Source: Phoronis australis (Eukaryota; Animalia; Phoronida). From it: DNA of 64,000 nucleotides. A program made the translations under genes and the position numbers. Shown here one piece after another: positions 52,636 through 64,000 of the stretch (the first letter of the stretch is position 1; each line of letters opens with the position of its first letter). The stretch covers positions 551,225 to 615,224 of the forward strand of contig NMRA01000039.1 of assembly GCA_002633005.1 (NCBI GenBank), written 5' to 3'. The notes beneath the pieces were generated by a model. It did no database searches. It saw nothing but the letters and a program-made list of their open reading frames with translations, and was not told the DNA's origin.

Positions 52636-52820
52636 TCAGTACAATGCCAAAGTGGCAGTGGCGGATCTACGGGGGGGTTCAGGGGGTTTAAACCCCCCTC
52701 GGGCCAGGACCCAAAAATTAAAAAAAACAAATGCGTCTCCAGCAAAACTATAACGGCACCGCCAGCGTGTGTACACCCCAAGTAAACCAACTTGGAAAAA
52801 ATTGAGGGGGGGTTCACTCT
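52636..52820. mobile_element. MITE left portion (CAGTGGCGGATCTA terminus); a complementary end of the same family lies at about 48590-48626
   Basis: cagtggcggatctac followed by the hairpin agggggttta-aacccccct; reverse complement tagatccgccactg near 48612-48625. Confidence 0.55.
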
Positions 52821-53095
52821 GAAAATATAGTTTTTGCATTGTGAATTGCTGAGTCTTTGTGGCTCATCGGCAAAACGCGCGGTGATTTATTGTGCGTGCG
52901 CTTCCGTCGACACTTCTGAAGTAGCCAAGCATTTTAGATGGATTCACCGCTCAAAGAGCAGTTCTATAGCTGATTTCTTTAGGTAACTAGCTTCTTTACT
53001 CTAAGATATATTTTGATTTGATTAAGGGAAATACTGCGGTGGAACAACCCTGATATTCAGGCGAATTGACGTGCAACGTTTTTACCTCATCTGTC

Positions 53096-53214
53096 TATTT
53101 ATTTAGTTATTTATTTATTTACTATTGTGATATTTAAAATGAGGGTGGCCTCTTCAGCGATAGCACTGCTTTCCAAGAGGGCCCTCAAAAGCGTCTCCAG
53201 CAAAACAAAAACGG
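53096..53214 (-). mobile_element. Short LINE/SINE-like 3' end with (TAAA)n tail, between 13-bp direct repeats
   Basis: TACCTCATCTGTC at 53083-53095 and 53215-53227, a (TTTA)n run, and the stem-loop gaggg..cctctt...aagagg.ccctc. Confidence 0.5.
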
Positions 53215-53599
53215 TACCTCATCTGTCATGCCGTGTCATTCTATTACACTCCACACGTTTGTAACTGATGTATAGTGAAGTTGTCTTGCGCAATAACATA
53301 CAGTGTACATGTAATATTGTGTACATGTACATGTAATATTTTTGAAAAAAAAATCTTTTTCCGAAGAATTGCTATTGTGGCGGGCGCCGTGGTTTGGTCG
53401 CGAGTCCGTTTGAAGACACACTCTATAACAAGTTATGTCTATACAAGGAATGACAAGGGTGCACTCACATTGAGAAAGTGACCGCATTCGCGAAAAGTGT
53501 ACAGTACCAGAAATTGCGGGCAGGCTGTTCTTTCACAACAAAGTCTTGCGGGACTCGTGCGATGTTCAATAGGCCTCCTAAGGAGCCCTAGTTCCGACC

Positions 53600-55080
53600 A
53601 CAACACCTACCGTCTGTTTCTTAGTCAACGTAATAATCCTAATGTACCTACTTCTTTTATTCGCTCTCTTCTTGAACATGTACTTACCATGAATCATTTT
53701 ACCTTTAATAATAATCACTATCTCCAAATATTAGGCACAGCTATGGGAACTAGGGTTGCTCCTACTTTTGCCAACCTTTTTGTGGGAAATCTTGAAAACA
53801 GCTTCATCAAATTCTGTTCTGAAAAACCCCTTCTCTGGCTAAGATACATTGATGACATTTTTATGATATGGACCAATGGTCCACAAAAATTAGATGTATT
53901 TTTAGAAGATATTAACAAATTTCACTCTACAATAAAGTTCACTCATGACATTTCTCAAAATAAAGTCTCATTTTTAGATGTAACTGTCACTCTTAATAAT
54001 GATAAACTAGAAACTGACTTATTCTGTAAAGAAACTGACAAACACCAGTATCTGTCATATCACTCGTGTCATCCCTTTCATTGCAAGAAAAGCCTTCCAT
54101 ATAGCCTTGCCCTAAGAATTCGACGCATTTGTTCAGAAGAAACTTCCTTTAATAACCGTTTAAAAGAACTCAAGTACTATCTAATTCAACGTCATTTCCC
54201 CTTACATCTCATACACAAACAGTTTGACAAAGTCCGCTCAATTACTCGAAATGAATCTTTAAGAACTAAAACTAAAGGCAATACTACTAATAGAATACCA
54301 TTCATAACTATGTTCAATCCATGTTTAAACGGAATTAGCCACGTCTTCAAAAACATCTTTCTACGCTGCATATTTCCCCTCAAATGAAAAACCTATTTCC
54401 TCATCCACCTATAATTTCTTGGAGAAAATGTAAAAATCTAAAAAATTATTTAGTTAAAGCTAATATCGACAATATACACCAAACTGACAAACCTATTGGC
54501 AACACACAATGTAACAAAACTAGGTGTAAAATGTGTAACTTCATCAACGATAGCACTTTTTTCCAGTCTTCCCAAACCAATGAAAACTTTGAAATAAAAC
54601 ATTATTCTGATTGCACCACCAACAATATTATTTACCTTATAACTTGTAAAAAATGTTCTATCCAATAAGTAGGACAAACTCAACATAATCTACAAACTCG
54701 GTTTCGTAATCATAGATTTAACATAATACATAAAAACATTTCTGATACTATAGGTAATCATTTCAATTCCAAAAACCATAATATTGAAGATCTTTCTGTA
54801 CAAATAATTGAAAAACTCCAACACCCCAGTACCCCTCACAGACTCAAAAGAGAACAATATTGGATAGACAAACTTAATACAATAGAACCTCATGGATTGA
54901 ACATAAAAACTTCTTAAAATATGTCGTTGAATTTTTTACGCAAAAATGTATCATATTCATTACACCATATCAATTGTCATTTTGTGTTTGATTTTACTTT
55001 ATTTCTGGTTTTGTTGATAAAGGAAGTTATTACATCCGAAAATTTCAAATTTCAGTTGATCCATTCTTGTTGTTTTATTT
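53600..55080 (+). mobile_element. 5'-truncated Neptune-type Penelope-like retroelement (RT, Cys linker, GIY-YIG), recently inactivated
   Basis: YLQILGTAMGTRVAPTFANLF, WLRYIDDIF, FLDV, SCHP, CNKTRCKMC, IIYLITCKKCSIQ*VGQT...REQYWIDKLNT..PHGLN; stop at 54915-54917. One frameshift (~54360) and one nonsense codon (54666). Confidence 0.95.
55010..55049 (+). ncRNA. Minimal hammerhead ribozyme-like motif (U3-A8 core) in the Neptune 3' region
   Basis: TTTG-TTGATAA-A-GGAaGT-tatt-ACaTCC-GAAA-ATTT-CAAA. Confidence 0.55.
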
Positions 55081-55099
55081 ACCGATTTATATTCTAAGA

Positions 55100-56650
55100 A
55101 TGAAAAGTATGTCGTCGTTTTGAAAACAATACGCTAGTGTCACGCGCACGCGCCGTTTCCTAAATTTTCGCGATAACTTCGGAGAAGCAAAATTTGTTCT
55201 GAAATTCGGTTTTTCGGAATCGAAATTCTAAAAAATTATAATGACGTAAAACCAGTTCCAATAATTTGTTGTGACGTGTACGCAAGCTCGTGAAAGAATA
55301 GCAGTTGATTGAATAATCGGCGAAAAAAGAAACTGGCCAATAGGTGACGCAATATTTCATGGCGCCGAAAGCCGTCGCTAAAGATCGCTCCACAACTTTA
55401 GCAGCAGAATAACGGTAGAACACCATTTTTTCCAACACTGTTAAATAATTTTGTTTACTCAAGGAAGACTTTAGTTTTTAATGACACTAATTTTGTGTCA
55501 GATTTTATCCTACCAAAAAACGAATTTCAGAAGAAAATTTGCTGCTGCCAAGCTATCATCATCACCCGAGAGATGTCGCAAAAATTTAGGAAATGGAGCG
55601 TGCGCGTGACACGAGCGTACTGTTTTCAAAACGACGAAATACTGTTCATTGTTAGAAAAGGCGGAGAGTTACACAAGAAAATGACGTTTATTGCATTGTT
55701 TTTCACTTAAACGGCTGTAACGGGAAAGGTGAGTGTCGGTTGACTCCCAGATTTTGCATGCACACCGTCCGGTTTTTAGCTTTACATGTTGATACAAGTT
55801 TCACGGCGCGGTGACGAGCAGAACTACCCAGGCTGTGTGCAATTTCGGGGTCTACGGAAGAAATACACACAGTGGGACCTAGTTGTATTTTGACGACAGT
55901 CTTCATACAGCTAGCTGGCTGGCGAGGTAACTGAGTGCATTTCTTCCGTAGACCCCGAAATTGCACACAGCCAGGGTAGTTCTGCTCGTCACTGCGCCAT
56001 GAAACTTGTGTCAACACGTAAAGCTAAAGACCGGACGGGGTGCATGCAAAATCTGGGAAACAACCGACACTCACCTTGCCCGTTACAGCCGTTTAAGTGA
56101 AAAACAATGCAATAAACGTCATTTTCTTGCGTAACTCTCCGCCTTTTCTAACAATAAAAAGTATGTCGTCGTTTTGACAACAGTACGCTCGTGTCGCAGG
56201 CACGCGCCATTTCCTAAATTTTTGTGACATCTCTCGGGAGATGATGGATAGCTTGGCAGCTGCTAAATGTCTTCTGAAATTCGGTTTTTCGGTATCAAAA
56301 TTCTAAAAACTTATAATGAAGTGAAAGCAGTTCCAATAATTTCTTGTGACGTGTACGCAAGCTCGTGAAAGAACAACAGTTGATTTGAAGATTCGGCGAA
56401 AAAAGAAAGTGACCAATAGGTGACGCAATATTTCATGGCGCCGAAAGCCGTCGCTAGAGATCGCTCCACAACTTTAGCAGCAGAATAACGGAAGAACGCC
56501 ATTTTTTTCCAACACCGTTAAATAATTTTACTTACTCAAGGAATACTGCAGTTTTAATGACATTTATTTTTTGTCACATTTTATATGACCACTTTTTTAC
56601 CCACATTGGTGCACAGCTGTAAATTTATATACAGCTTTGTACCAAGGCTA
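55100..56650. repeat. Three rearranged copies (reverse, forward, reverse) of the 8228-9145 element forming a foldback
   Basis: 55100-55514 is the reverse complement of ~8285-8715, 55515-55925 is forward ~8737-9145, and 55930-56650 is the reverse complement of ~9093-8228, ending GGCTA. Confidence 0.9.
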
Positions 56651-57795
56651 GGCCTCTTGGTGCCCCCTGGTGGCTAAGTCAGTGCGTAGTAACTATTTGT
56701 TATGAGAGTTTTGCTCCGTTTCGACACTAGCGTACGACCACGAATCAAATGAATTGTCACGAATCAAAAATAATTCAAATTCATGCAAATTCATGGAATT
56801 TTGGCAGTTTCGAATGATCGAGTTGCTTAGTCATACGTTCTGTAGACTCGAGAGCATCGCGAAATTGCAAAACTGAAAAATGTAAAAATGGTAAGTATTT
56901 AATCTAATCTTGAGCTGAGAAATACATATGTGCTGGTTCTGGGCAGCTAATGGTTAATGGAGATACAGTGAAGTGACTGTAATCAGATAAATTGTACAAA
57001 TGGTGGAAATGCCCATGCGCAGATGCTTGTCTTCTCATTTTCGAGCGTAGGAATACATGATGGTTGCCTCAAAGGTCGTATTTTAGTAGCGGTTCCCCTC
57101 CAGTCGCTAGTTTCAGCTTCCCACTGTCCTCCTCCCAGTGGTACTGTAGATTCTTGGGGCGATGCTCCCTGTGTTGCCGGTTGTGAAGACGGATAGCAAA
57201 TTTCGGGGATAAGCATGATCGAAAAAACTATGGGCAACCCTATCAATGCCTATTGTAATTCTTCAAGTAGAACAACCCGCATGGGCTTCGACAAGAAGTG
57301 GGCCATTCGAATAACATTTCGTTGAAAATTGTGTAGATAAGATGTAAAAAGCCAGTTGCACGAGTTTTGTTGACTCTAATAAGCTAGTGACTCGCACGAA
57401 ATGGCAGGCCTTCGAAGAGGCAACTTTCCACGCAGCTCGCGTAAGTTTTTTTTCCAAGATCGGTAAAAAGACAATTGGTTGGCTTCGCTGGTTCCGCCAG
57501 CTGAAACGGTTAAGAAATTGGTTCTTGATGACGAATTCTGCTTTACAGACCAATCAGATTCAGTGACCAGTTGAGCCGGCGAAGTCAATCAAGTGCAGCC
57601 ATTGTCAAGCAGACTCTTACACAGTCTCAAGACACCAAGTATATTGCACATTTGTAAGCCTTTCATTCTCGTGCGTTTTACATATTAAATTCGTGCACGT
57701 GCGTTGTTACGAAAAACTAAAAAGCGATGTTTTCGATTTTACACACTGGCTCTACGTGGCACGTTCATCTTTTCCGGAAACCTAGGACTTAAGCA

Positions 57796-59969
57796 ATGTG
57801 GAGACATCGCCTTCCCATAACCGTAAGTAACAAGTGTCCAGCTCAGGAGTATCAGCGAAACAACTTTCGAGAATGTGACCTCAGTGTTGTTTTGTTTTTG
57901 AGATTTCTTCGAGACAAGTGGAAGGTTGAGGAAAAGCAGATTATGCAGTTTTCAAAGGAATAGCTCAGTTCAAAATCAGTTAGCGAAGATGGTGGGAAAT
58001 ATATTTAGAAGACAGAATGGTGTTAAATTTATCTTGAAAAGATACAGCAACGCTGAAAATTATAACTCAAGATCAGATATCAACCAAAGAGAAAAGAAGA
58101 CATGAACTGAGTATTGGCTAATTTGTATATCAATTCTTGACCAGAATGAGTGGGCCACATTATAAAAACATCTGTAAAATTTAATTTTTAAATCTTCTAG
58201 CAAGATGGCCTCCTTGAGCAAGCAGAAGTTGATGTACTACCTTTAACCACAAGATGTCGTTCTGTTGTTAACAAGTATCTGAACAGAAAATATCCTTAAT
58301 TGTCTCGTTTCAAGCTTCAACTTACAACAAACATTAAGTCGATAAAAGATTAACTAGTCGTTGATCAACCAAGCACTTGCATAGCCCTACACTCATGCCC
58401 ATGTTTGTCTTTCAGAGAACACCTTCAAGACATAACAAGAAACTGCTATTGGTTGCCATGGTATCCATATTCATGTATTTCGTTTCCCTCATCAGCTTTG
58501 CAGCCACTGAAATATCAAGTACGTCGAGTACAGCTATGTCAGTTACTATTGTCTTACTATTTTTCGTATCTTTCTCGTTTGTGTAATAGTTGTTAGTTCT
58601 CATTTACTTATTCTCTGAATGATCGCTCAATTTTAATTAAAAGTCTTTCAATCGTTAAAGCTTCTGACCCAAAGAGCCTGGTTCCGTTTCATCAAAGGTT
58701 CCTTGCGGCCACTGGTACTTAAGACGGTTGTAAACCCGTTATTGCGAACGCGACGCTGCGTTTCTTCGTGAGAGCGAACCGTTGCAGCTGACGTCAAGTT
58801 GGCGTTTTTCATATTCCGACTCTACCCCTTCAAACTTGAAAAATCACGTTAGTAAACTTTGTGCAATCGTGTTAGCGAACTTTGGACTAACAACCTTTGA
58901 TAAAACAGGCCCCTGTTTTTTCAATGAATCATTAGGCCTACTGTTTTCGGTAAGCATTTCACACATATGCCACGGACTTAGTGAGATGTCCAAACTTAAA
59001 CGTATTTTAGACCTAATAACGACACGTTGTTGTTACCCCTATGTAACCCTACTGGCAGGTCCAAGTAACCTCACGGAGATGGAGGCGTTTCCGGTCGGCT
59101 CGGTCAGCCCTTCCACTGTGATAGCGCCTATCTGCTTCGGCTGGCAAGGAGTTATCGTTGTTTACATCTCGTCCACACTGTTCCGCAAGAACCGACAGCA
59201 CAGGCGCATCTACAACTCGCCCCGCCTCAACAATGTGGCGTTCTATTTCCAGTACGGTAGCACGTTTGTGCTCGCGTTCTGTTGGTGGCGGCAGCAGAGG
59301 TACGTCGGCGAGGAGAACTGGACACTGGTGATCGCCATCGCTTGGGTCGTGAGTGCTCTGTCGGCACTGTTCATCGCGCTGGCGCGACTGCGCATCAAAA
59401 AGACGCGAGTTCGCAGTGAGCTGCGACCATTCGAACGGACCTACATGCTGGTAGTTGTGATGAACGGTCTCGCCCTGTATGCCGCCTGGGCGAACATCAA
59501 GTTCTTAGACACGTTCTCGATAGTTTTGCAGGAGCTCAATTACGGACCGTTCAAGGAGAAGAACGCGAGTCTCTACGTCCATATCTTTATGCTTAGTTTG
59601 GAAATGCCCATCATAGCCTTTCTAGAACTGTTTCTTTACGGTGACCAGACGGTGTACGTAGTGTCTCACCGCGTGCTACATACTGTTCGCCTCATTCAAA
59701 TATTAGTGAGTATAAGCGTCCGGCCTGGTGAGAGGTCGATAGGGTTGCTTTCTTTCGCAGGAATGCTCGAGTTCATCCACGAGCAGGCGAATTGCTATAA
59801 GGTCTTTATGATAGTGAGGAAGGTGCAAAAAGCGTCTGCGAGTCGAAAGAAAAATATGGAAGAAGCAAAAAGGGACATTGATCAAATCTTAAGACAGTCG
59901 ATGAGGATACCAAACAGACCTAAAGTGATTCGAAGCGTTTCGCTTGTTTCGTCTACAAGTTCAACATGA
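57796..59969 (+). CDS. Uncharacterised ~7-8 TM membrane protein, paralog B, 346 aa; exons 57796-57822, 58416-58518, 59059-59969
   Basis: ATG exon MWRHRLPIT|gtaagt (phase 0), ttcag|RTPSRHNKKLLLVAMVSIFMYFVSLISFAATEIS|gtacgt (phase 1), ggcag|PSNLTEM...; 1041 nt without internal stops. GC-richer coding sequence, and motifs shared with paralog A. Confidence 0.85.
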
Positions 59970-60997
59970 AGGTGAAAAATAAGGTTTTTTAAAAACAAAA
60001 AAACTAGACTTAAGGGCAAGGACTACTCTGTCCACTTGTCCAACAGTTGCTGTGGGACCGTAAGGAATGGATATGCTGCACGTAGTTAGTTGAAAGGAAA
60101 TGAATAAGAACAAAATCATGACTACTGAAATATTGATTATTCTTATTAATGACGCTAAAGTAGTAACTATGATATAAAACAGAATTTGAGCAAACATGTT
60201 TTGTTGATGGTTTGCGTGTCTAGCAAAACAGACAAGGTTGAATGTTGCAAACGGCTTTGATGACATGACGCAGTCCTCTCTGATATTGTCTCCTTGGAAA
60301 CTTGATTTTCAACACCATCGCAGAATTCGAACTTGAATTCGTTAAGTTTTGGTGTGCCAAATGAAAAGTTTACAATTCATGCGGACCCTGCGGGCACACA
60401 AAACTGTTGAAGCTCGATATTTTTTTGCGATTCTCTCGAGTTCTTATAGTCAGAAAAGACAAGCCATTCCCTTGGCTGCATCATTTGAAAATGTAAAATA
60501 GACTTGAGTGTTATCATCGGCTGTAACAGACATAATACAGCTTACTGTAATGCTTATGCCTGTCAACCTTGTTGCTTGATTTTCTCAATCAAATTTGAAA
60601 TTCTGCTATCGTCATTTAAATAATGTTCAAGCTTGGCCAATATTAATCAAGCTTGGCCAATGTTATTTTGTTTTCCCATATTTAACCATTGCTTTCAAGC
60701 GAACTATACATTCCCGTGAAACCGTGTTGTCCAAGTTTAAAGCTATTGTCGCACGATGTTGAGTTTGCATCCCGTTTACGTAAAATATAATCATAAAAGA
60801 GATACCAGAATGAGACATAAAAATGCCTTTCCTAGACCTGTCCATGAAGAAAGTTGAATCTACCACGTAAGTAATTGAAATGAAATGTTGACATTAGTTT
60901 GTGAACTCTTCAGTTAAATGTTTAATTGATATGATAAAATGACGAATATAATTTTATTTTTTTAAACACGTTATACCACTTTTGCCATGTAACACGG

Positions 60998-61075
60998 GTT
61001 AGGTGGTTCGAGATTGTTCAGCGTTAGGTGGTTCGAGATTGTTCGGCGTTAGGTGGTTCGAGATTATTCAGCGTT
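60998..61075. repeat. Minisatellite, 3 x 25 bp
   Basis: gttaggtggttcgagatt(g/a)ttc(a/g)gc repeated three times head to tail. Confidence 0.95.
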
Positions 61076-64000
61076 GTTATTAGTGATGACTGGTATGTGA
61101 TAAGCTTGAATTATATTGCGTACGAACAAACTTATTTCAGCTTGGAGAACGATGTTTACAACCGCGTATCGTCTTACAGTTATCGCTTAAAAATGTGGTC
61201 GCACTCTCGACGCTCCCTGCTGTTACATGTATCTACGATTCCCTGGATTAAGGGGACCACAACTTTGGTATATAATCGCCATTTATTGCTGGGTTCAGTA
61301 ACTTATTAAAACAGTCCTAAGAATTCCTTGCTAGGGCGATGCGTCGGTGCTTTCAGGCAGTCCAGTCTTCGCTGTAGTTTTGTCAGTGTCGAGTTGTCCG
61401 CAAGATCAAGGCAATTTTCCCCGAACCGTTCTCAACAACAAAAACGTGAACAACTGGAGACAAATTGCGATATAAAAGTGCTTTATTTCAAGATCACAAA
61501 TGAAAACATCACAATTCCAACAAATTATGTACATTTGAAAAACTCAACAAATCTTTTCAAGTCCTTACAAAGCTCATGCCATCACTGGAGATTACTTCCT
61601 CCAAACGACCAACAGCAAAAATATAAATAAATACACAAAACAAAAATAAAGCCTGTCATATATTCCTTATCCACCGAATTGTGAATGCATATTGTGTTGA
61701 ACGAGATAGTATGTTCCGCGGAAGACGATTGTAGGTTACCTCACTAACATTCACAGAACAACGATAAAACATGAGAAAATTTAACAACACTACGACCAAG
61801 TATATCTTTGAAGGCAAATCGTAACAGTCTTCCAACAGAATTACACAAAAATCGTTAGATGCGTAAATACGACAATTTCAAAACACTCTGAAGTTGAATT
61901 TAAAATAAAAAAAATTCCACATCGACATAAGACATCACCCATAGCAACTGAGGATAGACATGATTTGAACAGATTTGTGGGTGCTGCTGCTTGAAAACCC
62001 CCTCTGTACAGTTAACAACTGTAACAGCAAATGGAAATGGGTCTCATTGTTGCGACTTGATATCACTAACGTCAGTTCATAACTTTCCAGAGTTGAAATC
62101 AACATTCGAGATTTAGATTTACGTAACTGGCTCCCAATTGCTCCCACGGGGGTCATTTTATTGTGCCCTTGAAATTGAAGAGATGAATGCTCAGTGACCT
62201 AGAAATATATTTTACTGCTCCACATGGAAATGATCGATATTTGCTGCCCAGATTAAAGACTGTCTCTCCACCTCATTTAGTTAGTGTACAAATTAGTGTG
62301 AAATTTAATGTTAATTGGTCGAATTTTATTCCAAAGTGATGCTTTTTCAACATGGTGTCAGTGTAAAGTTTTAAAGTTTTTAATCTTTCTAGAGGTGCAC
62401 TGATAAAATGACGACCTAATTTTAACAAGGTCAAACTAAAATTTAATAAACCTAAATAAATTGATAGTAAAAAAGCAAATATCTAGAGGGTTGAATTAAA
62501 GAATTATTCATGATTTATTGATGATACTTTTTCATTCAAGAAATTCAATCTATTTTACAATCAGTAGATAAGAAATGTTTTTTAATCTAGACCTTAGGGG
62601 TTTATTTTGGCTCCAAGAAGGTTAGGCAAGACTTCTCAAAAATGTCCTTTTGAATAAAGTATGCTACTAAAAATTTCTATAAAGGAAAAGTGTAAAAATA
62701 ACACATAAAAACAACATTAATATGTACATAATATTTGCATGACGCAGTAAGAATTCACATTTAAATTGACGCTCAATAACAACATTTTGATTGTTTAATA
62801 TTGTGCTACAGAGATTAGTTTAAAACATTTCACCATGGTGGACAAAAATTAAACTTTATGAATGCAAAACATGAAATGGTTTAAGTTAGAATAAGAATAA
62901 TTGCTCAAAAAACAAAATATTAGCACCCATTGACCTAAAGTGACAGCAACACATGTTGCATTTTGCAATATACAAATGATAGTTTTAATGTAAACTCAAC
63001 TAAAAATTCATTTGTCAAAAACAAATATCACTGTTCAAATGCTGAGGCAAACCACATAATTCCTTACAAAAGAAACTTTCCTGATATGTAGTAGAAAATC
63101 ACTATCTACACACTGATATAAAAGAATGTCACAAGCCCTTGAACTGAAAAATTATCTACTTTCATGAATCCAAAAAGGCATAATTTGCCAAGTCACAACT
63201 GGATTAAACATAACAAGATTCATCCAAAAGTAGTCACTTCTTGCCCTGGGTTTCTGACAACACCATTATGCCTCAAACAGCCCAGGCGTGTATGCCTTAA
63301 ACCTCTGCCTTCAATCAGATTAGATCATGGATTCAACTTGAAATTATTTTTGACACATAACATTCTACTCTTGTGCAAACTCAAGATAAGTGTCCATCAT
63401 TTCATGCTTCAGTGCACAGGTGACTACCTAACCCTAGTTCACACTTTATGAACCTCATCAGTAAAGCTGTAAAGTTGCCGGTCTTTCTACGACATCTTGA
63501 GTCCAAACTTTTGAACAAGACATTCACCCACATAAACCATAACATACTTGAACACACAAACATCAACACTTGTCTTGAGTTAGCACCAAAGTAGAATAAA
63601 AAATATTTCTATTTTGAGTAAAAACATTAGACCCCCGCTCTGGTTTATGTTCATCAAGTTAACTAGAGGTCAACCCAGATGTTCAAAACCTTCCAATGAT
63701 ACCATTATGTTTCAAACAACAGCCCAAGCTTCAGATTTCAACCTTTCATTTCCATTAGAGGCTGGCTTTTTACTATACCGGGTAGGCCTAGTTTCAATTA
63801 AAAAGTCAATTACAGGTCTGCTAAGACGAACAAAATCTTCGTAAAAAGTTCATCATTAGGACGTAGTACCAAGTGTCGCCTTAAAATATCGATACAGATT
63901 CATCAACAGAGGCACTGCCCCTCCCCCCCACCTAGTGGTGGGTTTCATAAAAGAACTTGACATCCTATCTTCACCTATGAAAACTAATCACTGGTGATTT

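Noticed and set aside
58782-59058. N-terminal 92 codons of the 395-aa ORF
   Set aside because: Better explained as intron: TTG start, no similarity to paralog A, and a phase-matched acceptor at 59058.
59961-60266. 101-aa hydrophobic minus-strand ORF
   Set aside because: Antisense to the AT-rich 3' region of paralog B; no motifs or splice support.
60998-61075. 25-bp repeats as a CRISPR array
   Set aside because: Head-to-tail minisatellite without spacers.

Overview
This is AT-rich eukaryotic DNA with GT-AG introns and many transposons, most consistent with an invertebrate animal. The host genes I can reconstruct by hand are (1) a complete 7-exon nicotinamide riboside kinase (NMRK/NRK family, 192 aa, minus strand, 21786-33368) and (2) two apparently intact, highly diverged paralogs of an uncharacterised ~7-8 TM membrane protein (9731-11444 and 57796-59969, both +). 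Three or four decayed copies of the same membrane family are scattered between the intact ones, one inside an NMRK intron, so the window looks like a birth-and-death gene cluster. There is also a frameshifted TPR-repeat pseudogene. Most of the remainder is mobile DNA: Neptune- and Poseidon-type Penelope-like elements with minimal hammerhead ribozyme motifs (two with a U3-A8 covariant core), a THAP Kolobok-like element with TTAA TSD, two ISL2EU-like elements, a hAT-like element and a MITE with 5-bp TSDs, Academ-like elements, and BEL/Pao, DIRS/Ngaro and CR1/L2 fragments. It also contains a foldback repeat and a probable assembly duplication across an N. All calls come from manual reading; no searches were run.
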